Shown here: positions 11,873 to 23,780 of the stretch, in pieces
Layout of the letters: every line of letters starts with the position of its first letter
Position numbering within the stretch: the first letter of the stretch is position 1
Assembly (NCBI GenBank): GCA_964016885.1
Contig: OZ024747.1
Location: 86,800,001-86,864,000 of the forward strand
Reading direction: 5' to 3'
Source: Eledone cirrhosa
Lineage: Eukaryota
Length of the DNA stretch: 64,000 nucleotides
Position numbers and translations under genes: made by a program
Notes under the pieces: model-generated
Told to the model about the DNA's origin: nothing
The model's database searches: none
The model's input: only the letters and a program-made list of their open reading frames with translations

Positions 11873-13039
11873 TTACATAGACCAACCAACAAATGCATAC
11901 CTGAATGCATATAATCAGCATTATTGCAATCATCTATGATATACACTTATATTCATCCATAGTCTTGTATTTGTGTAGACATATAAATGGGTATATTTGA
12001 AAATAGAAATATAAACGGTGTATTTCTTTCTTTTTCATCATCTGAAATTACTATACGCAGTTTTATATATATCAAATTACGTATTCTTATCTCTATATAA
12101 ACAATACACCTTTTAATTGAAAGTATGAGATATGTGGATATCAACACATGCATTTATAAATTGAATCATGTCTTATTAATGTAATTCTCCGTAGAGTGAA
12201 AACGAACATAATACAGCGAAATGTATATACAAAATATTAACTTGTTTAAACATCTAAAAATAATGTTTGCATCCACATTTCTGGAAAATTCGTCTGTTTT
12301 ATTTCTGTTCGGATAGGATTTAGAGATAAGTTCAGTGTTTTAGTGCATAATATATTATGAAACTAAATTACATGCCGAATAACTGTCATTCCATCTGTTT
12401 TTAAAAGTAGTTAGTCTTCACCTACGTATCTGTTGAATTTATAACGTACACAGAAAACTCTTAGTCCTTATTTACAAATACTTCCCCATAGTATATAAGT
12501 CTAGACCAATCTTTAACCGACATACATTTAAAATTGGTTACTCCTGTGCAAAATACATGAAAGCCCAAGTCACCAACAAACCTCAAGAGTGCTCCCGCAC
12601 AGGAATGCTCTTGTAGAAAGTCAGAATCATGCCCTCTGGATTAGCAAGTAAACTATGATAATATCAGAGAGCTTCTATGTGCTCAGACCGACGAAGAATA
12701 CTTCATATTTATTTGTCTTTCCATTGCTGGCAGAAGCGTTAGATTTAAATGCGCCCAAATATAATGGTTGTATAGAAGTATTTGTGTGGGAGTGTGTGTA
12801 TGTGTGTATGTGAACAGTTTCCTCTTCTAGGTGGTACATTTGCCTACACTTGACCCCCGTTAGTTTCCAATCAGCTTAAAACCTGTAATCCTTCATTCAG
12901 TGGAAGTCAAATTCTTCGATGAACTGTTATACTCACAGCATAAAAGACGGCAATTTCTGTTTCATTGGAGGACATACTAAAATACCTATGCAATTTATTT
13001 GCAACATTGTGGTTTCAACCAAGCTCTTATAATGAACTG

Positions 13040-13170
13040 TGGATGCAGGCGTAGCTGAGAGTAAAAGAAGATCACTTCTCAATCAAGTGGTCGCATGTTC
13101 GGTCCCACTTCTTGTACTCTCGGTCAAGTGTCTTTACCTTAGTGAAGTTGAATTGACGTAAACTGTGTCG
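13040..13170 (+). mobile_element. Old tRNA-derived SINE fragment
   Basis: gcaggcgtagctg...gttcggtcccac...caagtgtcttt. Similar to 63405-63560. Confidence 0.5.
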
Positions 13171-13904
13171 GCGAATTTTACCTATAATTCAAATATATTT
13201 GTATAACTTCTAATTCAAACGTAATATGTTGGCAGGAGTCGCTTAGCTCAATGTTTAGAGCAATCGGACGGAATTTGAAGGATTCGGAATTTTATATTTT
13301 CCCGCCCATAAGAGTATTTTACCTGATGTTGTAAGCTATTATTTATAGCAATCAAATGTTGTTAAGAACTTTTCTGCGTTTGACATTCCTAGATTTTCGA
13401 AAATGAATTACATTCCTAGATTTTCGAAAATGAATTACATTCTTTTCTTACATTAATTTTATTACATAATAAAATAGATTGTACACTACAAATTATAAGC
13501 TCAATTCTCTGCAGTGACATAAATCTATCATAAAACTATATTTTAACAATATTACGTGTTACTTGAAAACTGCGCATGTGCAGTATAATAGAAAATCATT
13601 TCGAGCGAATGAAACAAATATACTATTTTACAAAAAGTGTCATACAGAAATTTAGAAAGGTTTACATATATATTTAATTATTCAGATAAATTGCTCTGAA
13701 ATAAACTGCTTATATATCTAATCAATTTTATTCAAAGTAACATTTCGTTTCTCTTCCATCCTTATCTATCTCACTCTCTTTGAATCACTATGTGTATATA
13801 TGATGTTGAAAGAGGGACAGAAAGAACACTGCAAGAAAGATAAATCATATCTAAATATCTTAGGTCAAATATTATATCACTCGCATACATTGAAGTAGCT
13901 GAGG

Positions 13905-14060
13905 AGATGTAAAGGCGCATCGCTTAATAGTTAGAATGTTGGCCTCATGATCGTAAAGTTGAGTTCGATTCTCAGGAGTGTGATCTGTCCTTGAACAAGA
14001 CACTTTATTATACGCTGAAAACACTGGGACGGTCTTCACTTTAATATAATTCCAGAGGCA
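13905..14060 (+). mobile_element. Old tRNA-derived SINE fragment
   Basis: ggcgcatcgcttaatagttag...gagttcgattctc...tccttgaacaagacacttta. Confidence 0.6.
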
Positions 14061-14456
14061 AGTTCTAACGTTTATTCTCCTTCCTTCCGGGCAAATATTA
14101 GTTTTATTTTTATGTAACAAATGAAGGTCGCAATGAATCGATAGAATATTCTGAATCTTTCTCCAAACATTAACACAGACACACCTAGACATACATTTAC
14201 ACATAAATACATATACCTACCCATATGTAGATACATACACATACATATACACATATAGACACATATAGACATACATAACTAAATATGTACAAACATGCAT
14301 ACATACAAACATACATACAAAGATACATACATACAATCATACATACAAACATACATGCATACATACAAACATACATACAAACATACATACATACATACAT
14401 ACATACATACATACATACAAACATACATACAAACATACACACATACATACATACAA

Positions 14457-14559
14457 ATATGATAGCTGCCTCCTCGTTATCGAGTATGGCCATTGCACGA
14501 TGAGAAAAAAAAATTAATGAATAAATAAAAAATAAAATAAAAAAAAATAAAAAAAAATA

Positions 14560-14650
<91 letters not shown>

Positions 14651-14781
14651 TACATTAATAACAATAATAATAATAGTAATAATAATAATAATAATAATAA
14701 CAACAATAATAATAACGACAACAACAATAATAATATACATATACATATATATATACACATACACGCACACACAAGCATATC

Positions 14782-14869
<88 letters not shown>

Positions 14870-17188
14870 TAGCAACTAACAGCGCTGCGATCGAATGTGG
14901 CTTTTTAGCCCAGCCAATGATCTAAAATGTCTTGCACAGAGTCGGCAACCAAAACATTCACTGGGAATAGTCGGCTGTGGTTGGAGTTCGTGTACTTTTG
15001 CATGTCGCTTGAGCCCTCCTGCTGATTTACATTCTCTACCACATGTTTGGCAAGCATGATGAGTAGAATCTCCAACAGCAGCCTGGTAGTCAACCACTGG
15101 TCTTACTTTCTGAACGCGAAGATGACTTTCGAGTCCAGCTTTGCTTAGGCAGAGTCTCGCACAGACGCTGCATGTCAGCACCATAGGAGGACCCTCGCCG
15201 CCTGGAAGTGCAACAGCAATGCCCTTCCTCACATCCCGCTTTACTTTCTCGTATGCGATTCGAGATGCCTCAAAGGCAAATTTTCCCTCATATACAGTCT
15301 TTCTCCATTTATTACGATCAGCAGCAATATTTTCCCATGTGTCAGCAGAGATGTTAGCGTCTTTCAGAGAGGCTTTCAAGGAATCCTTATACCTCTTTTT
15401 TGGTTTATGTGGCGGTCGTTTTCCTTTAACCAACTCTCCATAGAAGAGTTGTTTTGGTATTCTAGAATCCTCCATCCTGGCAAAGTGACCACTCCAACGG
15501 AGTCGTTGCTTAAGCACAAGAACTTCTATACTGTCACACATAGAGCTTTCCAAAATCTCGACCTCACTGATGTGGTCCCTCCAGTGAACGCCATGGATCC
15601 GTCTGAGACACATCTGATGGAAACGCCCCAATCGCTTAAGGTGGTGTCGATATGTGACCCAGGTCTCGCAGGCATAAAGAAGACAAGAGAGCACACATGC
15701 CCTGTACACCTTTACCTTTGTCCTCCTGCATATGTCTCGCCGACCCCAGAGTCGCCTTTCTAGCTTTCCGAAAGCATCACTTGCTTTCCTAATCCTAAGT
15801 GAGATTTCACTGTCAAGGTTGCTGTATCGATTGACAGTGCTTCCCAGGTAGACAAACTGATCAACCACTCCAAGTCGTTTGCCATACACATAGATGTTTG
15901 GTTCAGTGTACTGCTTACCAGGGGCAGGTTGGTACATGACGACGGTTTTCTTGAGACTGACAGTCAATCCTAGGGCAGTGCAAGCGTCAGAAAATGCATT
16001 CGAAATGTGCTGCATATCACTCTCTGTGTGCGCTACAAGATCGCAATCATCTGCATACCAGAGGTCTCTTATGATTGATGTAAATACTTTTGTCTTCGCA
16101 GCAAAGCGCCTGATATTAAATATGCTGCCTGAGGTTCGATATCGGATGTAAACACCATACTCGCAATTCCTGAATGCAATACAGAAAACCATTGCAAAGT
16201 ATATGGCAAACAGGGTCGGTGCTGGAATATCCCCCTGTTTCACTCCATCTTTTACTGAGATAGGCTCCGACATGTTACCTCCGACATTAACCCAAGCCTT
16301 CATGTCGTCATGGAAAGACCTAACTAAAGCAAGGAACTTATCAGGGCAACCAAGTTTCTGGAGAACCTTCCATAATGCATCTCTGTTAACAGTATCGAAA
16401 GCTTTTGTCAGATCGACAAAAACCTGATACAGATCCAAGCCTTGTTCCATGCACTTCTCCTGGAGCTGTCTAGCTGAGAAGATCATATCAGTAGTGCCGC
16501 GTCCAGCACGAAAACCAGATTGACTTTCAGGAAGAACACAATCTGCAATGTGTGTCAGCAGACGGTCCAGAAGCACTCTACATAAAACTTTCCCTACGAC
16601 AGAAAGCAATGATATACCTCTGTAGTTCCCACAATCATTCCTGTTACCCTTTCCCGTGTACAAGACCACCATTACTGCATCTCTCCAGTCCTCAGGTACA
16701 GATTCATTAGCCCATATCCTGCCAAACAAAGAGTGAAGATGTTGCAGGAGTCTCTCACCACCATATTGTAGGAGCTCAGCATGTATGCCATCCATACCTG
16801 GAGATCTTCCACTGTTCAGCTTCGAAATAGCCACTGCAACCTCCACAAGCGTCGGAGGTTCTGCGAGAGCTACTTTCACAGGACTTTCTGGAATGAGATT
16901 GAGGAAATCTTCACTGACGACAGACGGCTGATTCAAAAGATCATCAAAGTGCTCTCGCCACCTTCCTAGAATTCCTTGTGAGTCACGAAGAAGTTCTTTG
17001 CCATCCTTGCTGCGAAGCGGTGTCACCAGAGAAGAAGACGGTCCATAAACCTCACGCAAGAGACTGTACAACAGCTTTGTGTTATTGGAATCTGGCGCAG
17101 TTTGTATCTCACCAGCCTTCTCACTCCACCACTGATCCTTCATCTGAGAAAGACTCCACCTAACACGTGATTTTACATCCCTGAGTTC
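14457..17188 (-). mobile_element. 5'-truncated RTE-clade LINE (no APE domain left), embedded in (TACA)n
   Basis: RT ORF followed by a 3' UTR of GT/TTA/TA repeats and terminal atggccatactcgataacgaggaggcagctatcat. TACA tracts at 14280-14456 and 17211-17270. Confidence 0.95.
14876..17143 (-). CDS. RTE-type LINE reverse transcriptase ORF (5'-truncated) with C-terminal C2H2-like zinc fingers
   Basis: SPGMDGI, NYRGISLLS, QSGFRAGRGT, FVDLTKAFDTV, GVKQG, YADD, FVYLGS, LLYACETW and RLRWSGH motifs. The frame stays open upstream to ~17188 (ELRDVKSRVRWSLSQM). Confidence 0.93.
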   Translation of the reverse strand: MKDQWWSEKAGEIQTAPDSNNTKLLYSLLREVYGPSSSLVTPLRSKDGKELLRDSQGILGRWREHFDDLLNQPSVVSEDFLNLIPESPVKVALAEPPTLVEVAVAISKLNSGRSPGMDGIHAELLQYGGERLLQHLHSLFGRIWANESVPEDWRDAVMVVLYTGKGNRNDCGNYRGISLLSVVGKVLCRVLLDRLLTHIADCVLPESQSGFRAGRGTTDMIFSARQLQEKCMEQGLDLYQVFVDLTKAFDTVNRDALWKVLQKLGCPDKFLALVRSFHDDMKAWVNVGGNMSEPISVKDGVKQGDIPAPTLFAIYFAMVFCIAFRNCEYGVYIRYRTSGSIFNIRRFAAKTKVFTSIIRDLWYADDCDLVAHTESDMQHISNAFSDACTALGLTVSLKKTVVMYQPAPGKQYTEPNIYVYGKRLGVVDQFVYLGSTVNRYSNLDSEISLRIRKASDAFGKLERRLWGRRDICRRTKVKVYRACVLSCLLYACETWVTYRHHLKRLGRFHQMCLRRIHGVHWRDHISEVEILESSMCDSIEVLVLKQRLRWSGHFARMEDSRIPKQLFYGELVKGKRPPHKPKKRYKDSLKASLKDANISADTWENIAADRNKWRKTVYEGKFAFEASRIAYEKVKRDVRKGIAVALPGGEGPPMVLTCSVCARLCLSKAGLESHLRVQKVRPVVDYQAAVGDSTHHACQTCGRECKSAGGLKRHAKVHELQPQPTIPSECFGCRLCARHFRSLAGLKSHIRSQRC

Positions 17189-17274
17189 CTCAGGGATGTA
17201 AAATCACAAATATACATACATACATACATACATACAAACATACATACATACATACTTACATACATACATACACC

Positions 17275-17682
17275 TTCAGATTTATGCCTGTGATTATTGG
17301 GGAACTGGGGTATGTTAGTAACTGCCTCAATACAAATCTTGAGAAGCTAGGCTTCACGGGAACAGAAATAACACAACTAGTTAGGAAATTACAAGTACAA
17401 TCCATTAATGGAACAGTAAAAATATGTAAAATATTCAAAACATTTTGCATCTAATAACTGCATATACACATGTACAGATGCAAAGCATATACACAGGCAC
17501 ACATACAACTCAAAACATACACATCGACACATACAATAACATCAATATCTACACATGCATGCATACATAATCTGCCTAGTTGATGCTGTGTAAATTCCAA
17601 TGAGATAGTCTTGTGTCTATGTTAGAAACCGACTCTCTCTCTATTGGGAACAAATTTGTGAAATTATAAAACCAGAAGAACA
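17275..17682 (+). mobile_element. 3' fragment of a second R4/Dong-like family, in (TACA)n
   Basis: Reads FMPVIIGELGYVSNCLNTNLEKLGF...LQVQSINGTVKICKIFKTFCI*, homologous to the C-terminus of ORF 8436-9239. Its 3' UTR matches 44222-44520. Confidence 0.85.
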
Positions 17683-17729
17683 TACATACATACATACTTA
17701 CATAAAGTATAAAATGTATACAGCCGGCC

Positions 17730-17965
17730 TGAACCTATTTCTCCGAGATCAGTGTGACTACAATAATAACATCACAGATGAGCCATCAGCTGGGAAGTAA
17801 GGAGTGTGGGTGTGTGCTGAACATCTTATTAACAAAACGGTGATGTCAGAGGCGCGGTGACATAGGAGGAACATATAACAGTTTGGCTGGACTACAGAAA
17901 AACATTTGAATCTGTCCCGCTCTCTTAGATGATAGAGGACCTCCGACTGGCTAATGTCCCGATAG
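17730..17965 (+). pseudogene. Degenerate R4/Dong-type RT fragment
   Basis: Reads ..INKTVMSEAR*HRRNI..VWLDYRKTFESVP, comparable with LVNKMILEDCHNRHKNLSIAWIDYKK in the 54.5-57 kb element. Confidence 0.65.
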
Positions 17966-18699
17966 TTGAAATTCGTGAAATGTTAGGTAAACTATACGAA
18001 CTATACGCTCTACCCATTATACTAAGTAATTTGTCTTCTAAAGTGTAAATGAATCAATATCTAGATCGAATGGTTAAATACTTTAGAGTATGGGATTTCA
18101 TCTGTTCATTCATGTGACCTGAATGGAATAAGTAAAAAGAAAGGGATGGAGCAAATATAATGTTTCCATTGCTTATACTATTTGCCCGTTGCAATTACTA
18201 GAAGAAGAGTCAACGCTTTCCAGACGACAAAAGTTTGAATTTTAGTCCCAATCGCTTAGAGCTTGAACAGACACCACAAGGTATCCATTCCGAATCTTTT
18301 TACCAACAGGGTAGGCTTGAGCAACGAGGAAACAGCGTCTCGCTCAAGGAAACAATGCACCGCTGGGAACCAAAATCACAACAATACGATCGTTAGTTAA
18401 ACACCTTAATCACTAAATAACGCGATTTCAACAAATATGAATGACAGACCAGATTAAAACGCCAAAGATGAAGGAGGTTTAAGATTTACTGGACAATATG
18501 TTTATTCTATAGCTATCACCCAGCAGGCTTTAATTAATGTAAACGAGTTTAAACTTGATGTAGAGTGTCATCGATTATGTTATGAAGTTTTACATAAAAT
18601 TAATTGGCTTAATAACAAAAGTTGGCAGAATTTTAATAATGTTTAAAAGAAATTGTCGTAATGATGATATGTATTTTTTTTTTTTTTTGGTTATATATA

Positions 18700-19275
18700 T
18701 ATATTATTTCTAACATTACCTAAGTCTCATGACCAGATATAAGAGTAGGCACGAACACCGATTTCAAGTTAGCGCATTTGGTCTTATACCCATCTGCCGT
18801 CCTCTGACAATCGAGAGTTGGAACTATGCGCCTTAGTGCACTAATCCAGCAATTCTTACATTTAATTCAGCATCCTGATTTACATTACTCATGAAAATCG
18901 CCTCAGGATACTTGAACTTCTTCACCAGCTACAGTGTTATTCCACTCACCTACAGAGAACACTGCGCAGGCGTCCTCGAGAAATCGAATGTCTCTCTTTG
19001 CAGTACTGGTATTCATTTCGGCCTTGCAGCATTCAGCAGCACACCTATCCAGTGTTTGTTGGAAATCTATTTTCAACAAATTCAAGTAGTACCACGTTTC
19101 CTGTAAATATCAGCCGACTGATCCTACTCCCACCTGTTTTTTTTTTATCAATTCTACCCAGGCTGCGCATGCCAATGCTATTCATGGAGATTATGAACAC
19201 GAGAGATGACAATACGTATTCTTTGCGAAGTCCCACACCCACATTGAATGGTTTCGTTTTCGCATGATTTTTATT
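18700..19275 (-). mobile_element. Degenerate RTE-like LINE RT remnant
   Basis: GVGLRKEYVLSSLVFII...ISRLIFTGNVVL, FQQTLDRCAAEC, and a minus-strand gaagaagttcaagtatc (KFKY) like the 5.9-kb remnant. Confidence 0.7.
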
Positions 19276-19659
19276 CCAGCCTATACATACAAACTAATAC
19301 CGAGTGCCGCGGTAGTTACAAAATACCTACAGTAGACCTGCATTAGACGAGTTTTTAACTTTTTATCCACTAAGGACGATTTAAATAAGGACATTTCACG
19401 TATAAAACAAATATCAGTTAACAACTTGTATCCTGCCACATTACAAGAGCCATATAAGAACAAATTTATGTATTCTGATATAGTTGAATCAGAACCACGA
19501 AAAATGCACAAACCACACATTTAGTATATTACAAGAAAATAGTGCACACTGGTTATGGAATGGATGGATATGTCCTTAAAAATTTCATAAAACAAAACAC
19601 AGTATGCATCGATCCTTACCACAAACTTAGAATCTATATACTAAATATATAAATAATGA

Positions 19660-19870
19660 TCTATATATAAAACTCTGTGATTGTGTACTGGTCTGTAATT
19701 TAATACAGCCAAAACGGCGCATAATGGGAAAATACTTTGAAAGGAAATAGAGAGAGAGAAAGATAGAGAGAAAGAGATAGTAGTTATGAGAGAGTAGAAT
19801 GAAAGAGAGACAGAGAGAAAGAGTAGGCGACAGAGAAGGTAAATGGGAGAGGGAGCTGGTAGTGTTCGTT
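19660..19870 (+). mobile_element. Putative Helitron-like 5' end
   Basis: a|TCtatatataaaactctgtg start, like the element at 48439. The 3' boundary is unresolved. Confidence 0.4.
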
Positions 19871-19932
19871 GAATGAAATATGTGTGTGTATATATATATA
19901 TATAAATGATATTAATACATGGAAACTATATT

Positions 19933-19993
19933 TATTCCATTATATATATTTCAAGAGTACCAAAACTTTGGTACACTCTCATCAGATAAAATA
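19933..19993 (-). ncRNA. Type I hammerhead ribozyme, same family as 5747-5808
   Basis: Minus strand reads tattttat CTGATGA gagtgtaccaa-agtt-ttggtactctt GAAA tatata TA atggaata. Confidence 0.8.
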
Positions 19994-20108
19994 CAAAGTT
20001 TGTTTTATAAATATTGACATATCCAGGAACTTAACAGTTCAAGTTTTACCTGGATAGGTAATAAATATATATATTTGTTGAATTACCAACAAATTAAATA
20101 TCCATTTG

Positions 20109-20195
<87 letters not shown>

Positions 20196-20303
20196 ATAGA
20201 TATGTGTGTGTGTATAGATATGTGTGTGTGTGTATAGATATGTGTGTGTGTGTCTGTGACCAGTGTATATAGATCACAGACACCCATATATATATATATA
20301 TAA

Positions 20304-20359
<56 letters not shown>

Positions 20360-20361
<2 letters not shown>

Positions 20362-20800
20362 TAGAAAAATGTGCAAGCTCAAAAGAGCCACAGAATGTTA
20401 TAATAAACCTTCAAATGTGTGGGACTAGATTTCTTGCTCAAAAATATTGTAATCATTATCTATCGTACACTCTGTGGCATACTTTTATAGAAAAGAGACT
20501 CATAACGAACTCAAGACGACACGATAATTATTTAAGCTAATGTTCAATATCTCATATTAGATGTTTAGTAATGATTAATACGAAATGCACTTAAACCGAA
20601 TTCTATATTATAAATTCACTTAAATAATGATCGTGTCGTTTTGAGTTCGTTATGTGTCTCTTTTTTATAAAAGGATGCCACAGAATGTACGATAGATAAT
20701 GCTTACAATATTTTTGAGCCACAACTCTAGTCTCACACTTTTGAAGGTTTTTTATAACATTTTGTGGCTCTTTTGAGCTTGCGCCTTTTTCAGGTCTAGT
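20360..20800. repeat. Diverged inverted repeat (~180-bp arms) with CTAG termini
   Basis: gcaagctcaaaagagccacagaatgttataa...gacacgataattatttaag pairs with cttaaataatgatcgtgtc...ttataacattttgtggctcttttgagcttgc. Confidence 0.85.
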
Positions 20801-21596
20801 TTAATATTTTTTTAAGGCAACGCTTGTAATAACTCTAGTTAAACATGATATATATTAATAATAAATTATCGTTGATTGTTATTTTATAAATGATCTTATA
20901 AATATTATTGTAAGATGTATAAAAATATTTTCAGACTTTTAATATAAACAACTACAAAAACAATCAATATTAAATAAATATATTTTACATAATAATTGTT
21001 ATAGTTGAATTAATAAAAATTAAATATTACATACAAATAGTCTAACATAATAATAATAAAATAATCTAACATAAAACGAACAATAATATGGACAAATATA
21101 CAAGTAAATATGATACAACCAATATTATAAGCATGTTATAACGAACTGAAAAAAAATAGTTAATATAAATTTAAAAAATCATATATAAATTAACAATATA
21201 ACTTACCAAAACGGGAAATATATTTTGATGATAAACGACAAAATACAGGAGGAAGATTCGAAAGCGAAACGATAAATAAACGTGCAAAGAAAGTGGCGGA
21301 TGCTTTTGAGCAACAATTACTCTCATTGGTTGATTAGCCAATAAGACGATGAAATTAGCTAATGAGACGATATATTACAAAAGATGTTTGGCAGCGATCA
21401 CCACGGCCAGCGAAACCCCTTGAATTTTTTTATTCACAAGCTACAGATATATGTCAGACATGCAGACTTAAAACATTCTGTTGTTAGTCACTGCGTGTCT
21501 AACAGATATACACACATACAAACACATATGGGCCTTCCAATTTCATTTTACATTATATAAATGTATGTCTGTATTTTAATTATTTAAAAATTATTT

Positions 21597-21670
21597 TTAA
21601 GTGAACATGATTTTTTTTAAAATCATGTTCACTTAACTTAACTTGGCCCAACGGGTTACGAGTGGTCTAG
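21597..21670 (+). mobile_element. Helitron-like 3' end with upstream 18-bp hairpin
   Basis: ttaagtgaacatgatttt/aaaatcatgttcacttaa hairpin, then ggcccaacgggtt...CTAG|t. Confidence 0.5.
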
Positions 21671-22209
21671 TATACTATAAAAACAAGAAACCACAGGCTG
21701 ACGAAATATAAGATAACTTACGGATGGCAAACGTGATATATGCAAATGTGATAATGCAAACAAAATGTTCTTAACTTCATGAGTAAAATATCGGTTAACC
21801 AGCTACTTACTACGAGGAACCACTGTGATACATTTCCGTACGGTATATGCAAGTAATTAGATAGACTACAATAAGGCTTTTAGCCCACTGCCAAAGATGT
21901 AAGTAATAAATGCACCTCTAGTATGACTATTTTTATTTTAAAGATGGAACTGTGAAGACTTTGAAACGTTCATACACATATGGATTTAGGATCGCAATTG
22001 TTAAATAAAAAAACATAGAGAACTTATAAAGGAATACTAAACATTTTTCCATGTTATGCTTAAAGGGGAGCACAGTCGTGTTTCATTTCAATATATTGTT
22101 TGAAAAAACATGTCCTTACCAAAGTATTACTAATATATATATATATATATATATATTTACCCATCTCATTACAGTTGAAAATTGCAAACTTGACTGTCAC
22201 CACATAATA

Positions 22210-22248
22210 TGAACCTGAAGATTGCGAAAGCATGAAAGTACTTATTCA
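22210..22248 (+). ncRNA. Minimal type I hammerhead ribozyme (slightly degenerate)
   Basis: tgaac CTGAAGA t-tgc-gaaa-gca-t GAAA gtac TT attca. Palindromic stem III AGTACT, first stem I pair mismatched. Confidence 0.65.
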
Positions 22249-22402
22249 ATTAACACTTAACATTTAATATTCTACCATACTATTTCATTCTAATAGCATT
22301 ATAAATGTTAAAGGATTGTAAATAAAACGAGTAAATCAGACAAAGTTGGAATTCCTTTTATTAATATAATCTTCTATACACAATCATACACACCCGTGTA
22401 TA

Positions 22403-22505
<103 letters not shown>

Positions 22506-22511
22506 ATATAT

Positions 22512-22686
22512 ATATATATATAATTGAATATAAAAGTGAGATAAACACAGATATAAACATATATGTGTTCAAATCGTAAGGGACCAGATTATTTTAATCC
22601 TAGCGAATCTGGTCCCTTATGATTTGAACACATATATGTTTATATCTGTGTTTATCTCACTTTTATATTCAATTATATATATATAT
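22512..22686. repeat. Fold-back hairpin, ~78-bp arms, 15-nt spacer, within (TA)n
   Basis: aattgaatataaaagtgagataaacacag...aagggaccagatt / aatctggtccctt...ctcacttttatattcaatt. Confidence 0.92.
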
Positions 22687-22723
22687 ACGTATTACAATTA
22701 GATTCTCGATAAAAGCAAGGGAA

Positions 22724-22766
22724 GTAATCTACGCGTTTCATTCTTATTAGAAATCTTCAGGACTAC
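22724..22766 (-). ncRNA. Minimal type I hammerhead ribozyme, array unit 1
   Basis: Minus strand reads gtagtc CTGAAGA t-ttct-aata-agaa-t GAAA cgcg TA gattac. Confidence 0.88.
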
Positions 22767-23033
22767 ATATCCAGTGCTTTTATCGAGAATGACACAGCTA
22801 GAGACTTATAGAATACTTAGCTGTGTACAGGAACTGGTTTGAAAGAGCGGTTGCCGGTCCGGCAGAAATTAGAAATTGGAATAAATGCTCTGAAATAGCG
22901 ATATATATGTGAATATAGACATAGAATATTCGAAAATATTCTGTATGTTTATAATAAACATTTTGAAGACCTAATCGCTATAGAATAGAATACGTCACGT
23001 ATTACAATTAGATTCTCGATAAAAGCAAGGGAA

Positions 23034-23076
23034 GTAATCTACGCGTTTCATTCTTATTAGAAATCTTCAGGACTAC
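23034..23076 (-). ncRNA. Minimal type I hammerhead ribozyme, array unit 2
   Basis: Identical to unit 1. Confidence 0.88.
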
Positions 23077-23343
23077 ATATCCAGTGCTTTTATCGAGAAT
23101 GACACAGCTAGAAACTTATAGAATACTTAGCTGTGTACAGGAACTGGTTTGAAAGAGCGGTTGCCGGTCCGGCAGAAATTAGAAATTGGAATAAATGCTC
23201 TGAAATAGCGATATATATGTGAATATAGACATAGAATATTCGAAAATATTCTGTATGTTTATAATAAACATTTTGAAGACCTAATCGCTATAGAATAGAA
23301 TACGTCACGTATTACAATTAGATTCTCGATAAAAGCAAGGGAA

Positions 23344-23386
23344 GTAATCTACGCGTTTCATTCTTATTAGAAATTTTCAGGACTAC
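23344..23386 (-). ncRNA. Hammerhead, array unit 3, core mutant (CUGAAAA; G8A)
   Basis: Plus strand has aaattttcag instead of aaatcttcag (position 23375). Confidence 0.8.
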
Positions 23387-23653
23387 ATATCCAGTGCTTT
23401 TATCGAGAATGACACAGCTAGAAACTTATAGAATACTTAGCTGTGTACAGGAACTGGTTTGAAAGAGCGGTTGCCGGTCCGGCAGAAATTAGAAATTGGA
23501 ATAAATGCTCTGAAATAGCGATATATATGTGAATATAGACATAGAATATTCGAAAATATTCTGTATGTTTATAATAAACATTTTGAAGACCTAATCGCTA
23601 TAGAATAGAATACGTCACGTATTACAATTAGATTCTCGATAAAAGCAAGGGAA

Positions 23654-23696
23654 GTAATCTACGCGTTTCATTCTTATTAGAAATCTTCAGGACTAC
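23654..23696 (-). ncRNA. Minimal type I hammerhead ribozyme, array unit 4
   Basis: Identical to unit 1. Confidence 0.88.
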
Positions 23697-23780
23697 ATAT
23701 CCAGTGCTTTTATCGAGAATGACACAGCTAGAGACTTATAGAATACTTAGCTGTGTACAGGAACTGGTTTGAAAGAGCGG

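Larger units (their letters stand above)
22687..23780 (-). mobile_element. Retrozyme-like tandem array: ~3.5 copies of a 310-bp unit, one hammerhead per unit
   Basis: attacaatta recurs at 22691, 23001, 23311 and 23621. The units are nearly identical, and each carries a minus-strand hammerhead. Confidence 0.9.

Noticed and set aside
13383-13443. 27-bp tandem duplication acattcctagattttcgaaaatgaatt
   Set aside because: Ordinary slippage duplication with no further structure
15141-17163. Plus-strand ORFs overlapping the RTE ORF (and minus ORFs 53408-54427, 56045-56428)
   Set aside because: Antisense shadows of retrotransposon coding sequence
21692-21750. CTGACGA-containing stretch
   Set aside because: No proper GAAA box or stems downstream. 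The same applies to CTGAAGA at 6489, 29306 and 39239 and to minus-strand CTGATGA at ~46063 and ~61549.
22687-23780. Possible CRISPR array or plain satellite
   Set aside because: There are no unique spacers and the context is eukaryotic. The per-unit hammerhead favours a retrozyme-like interpretation.
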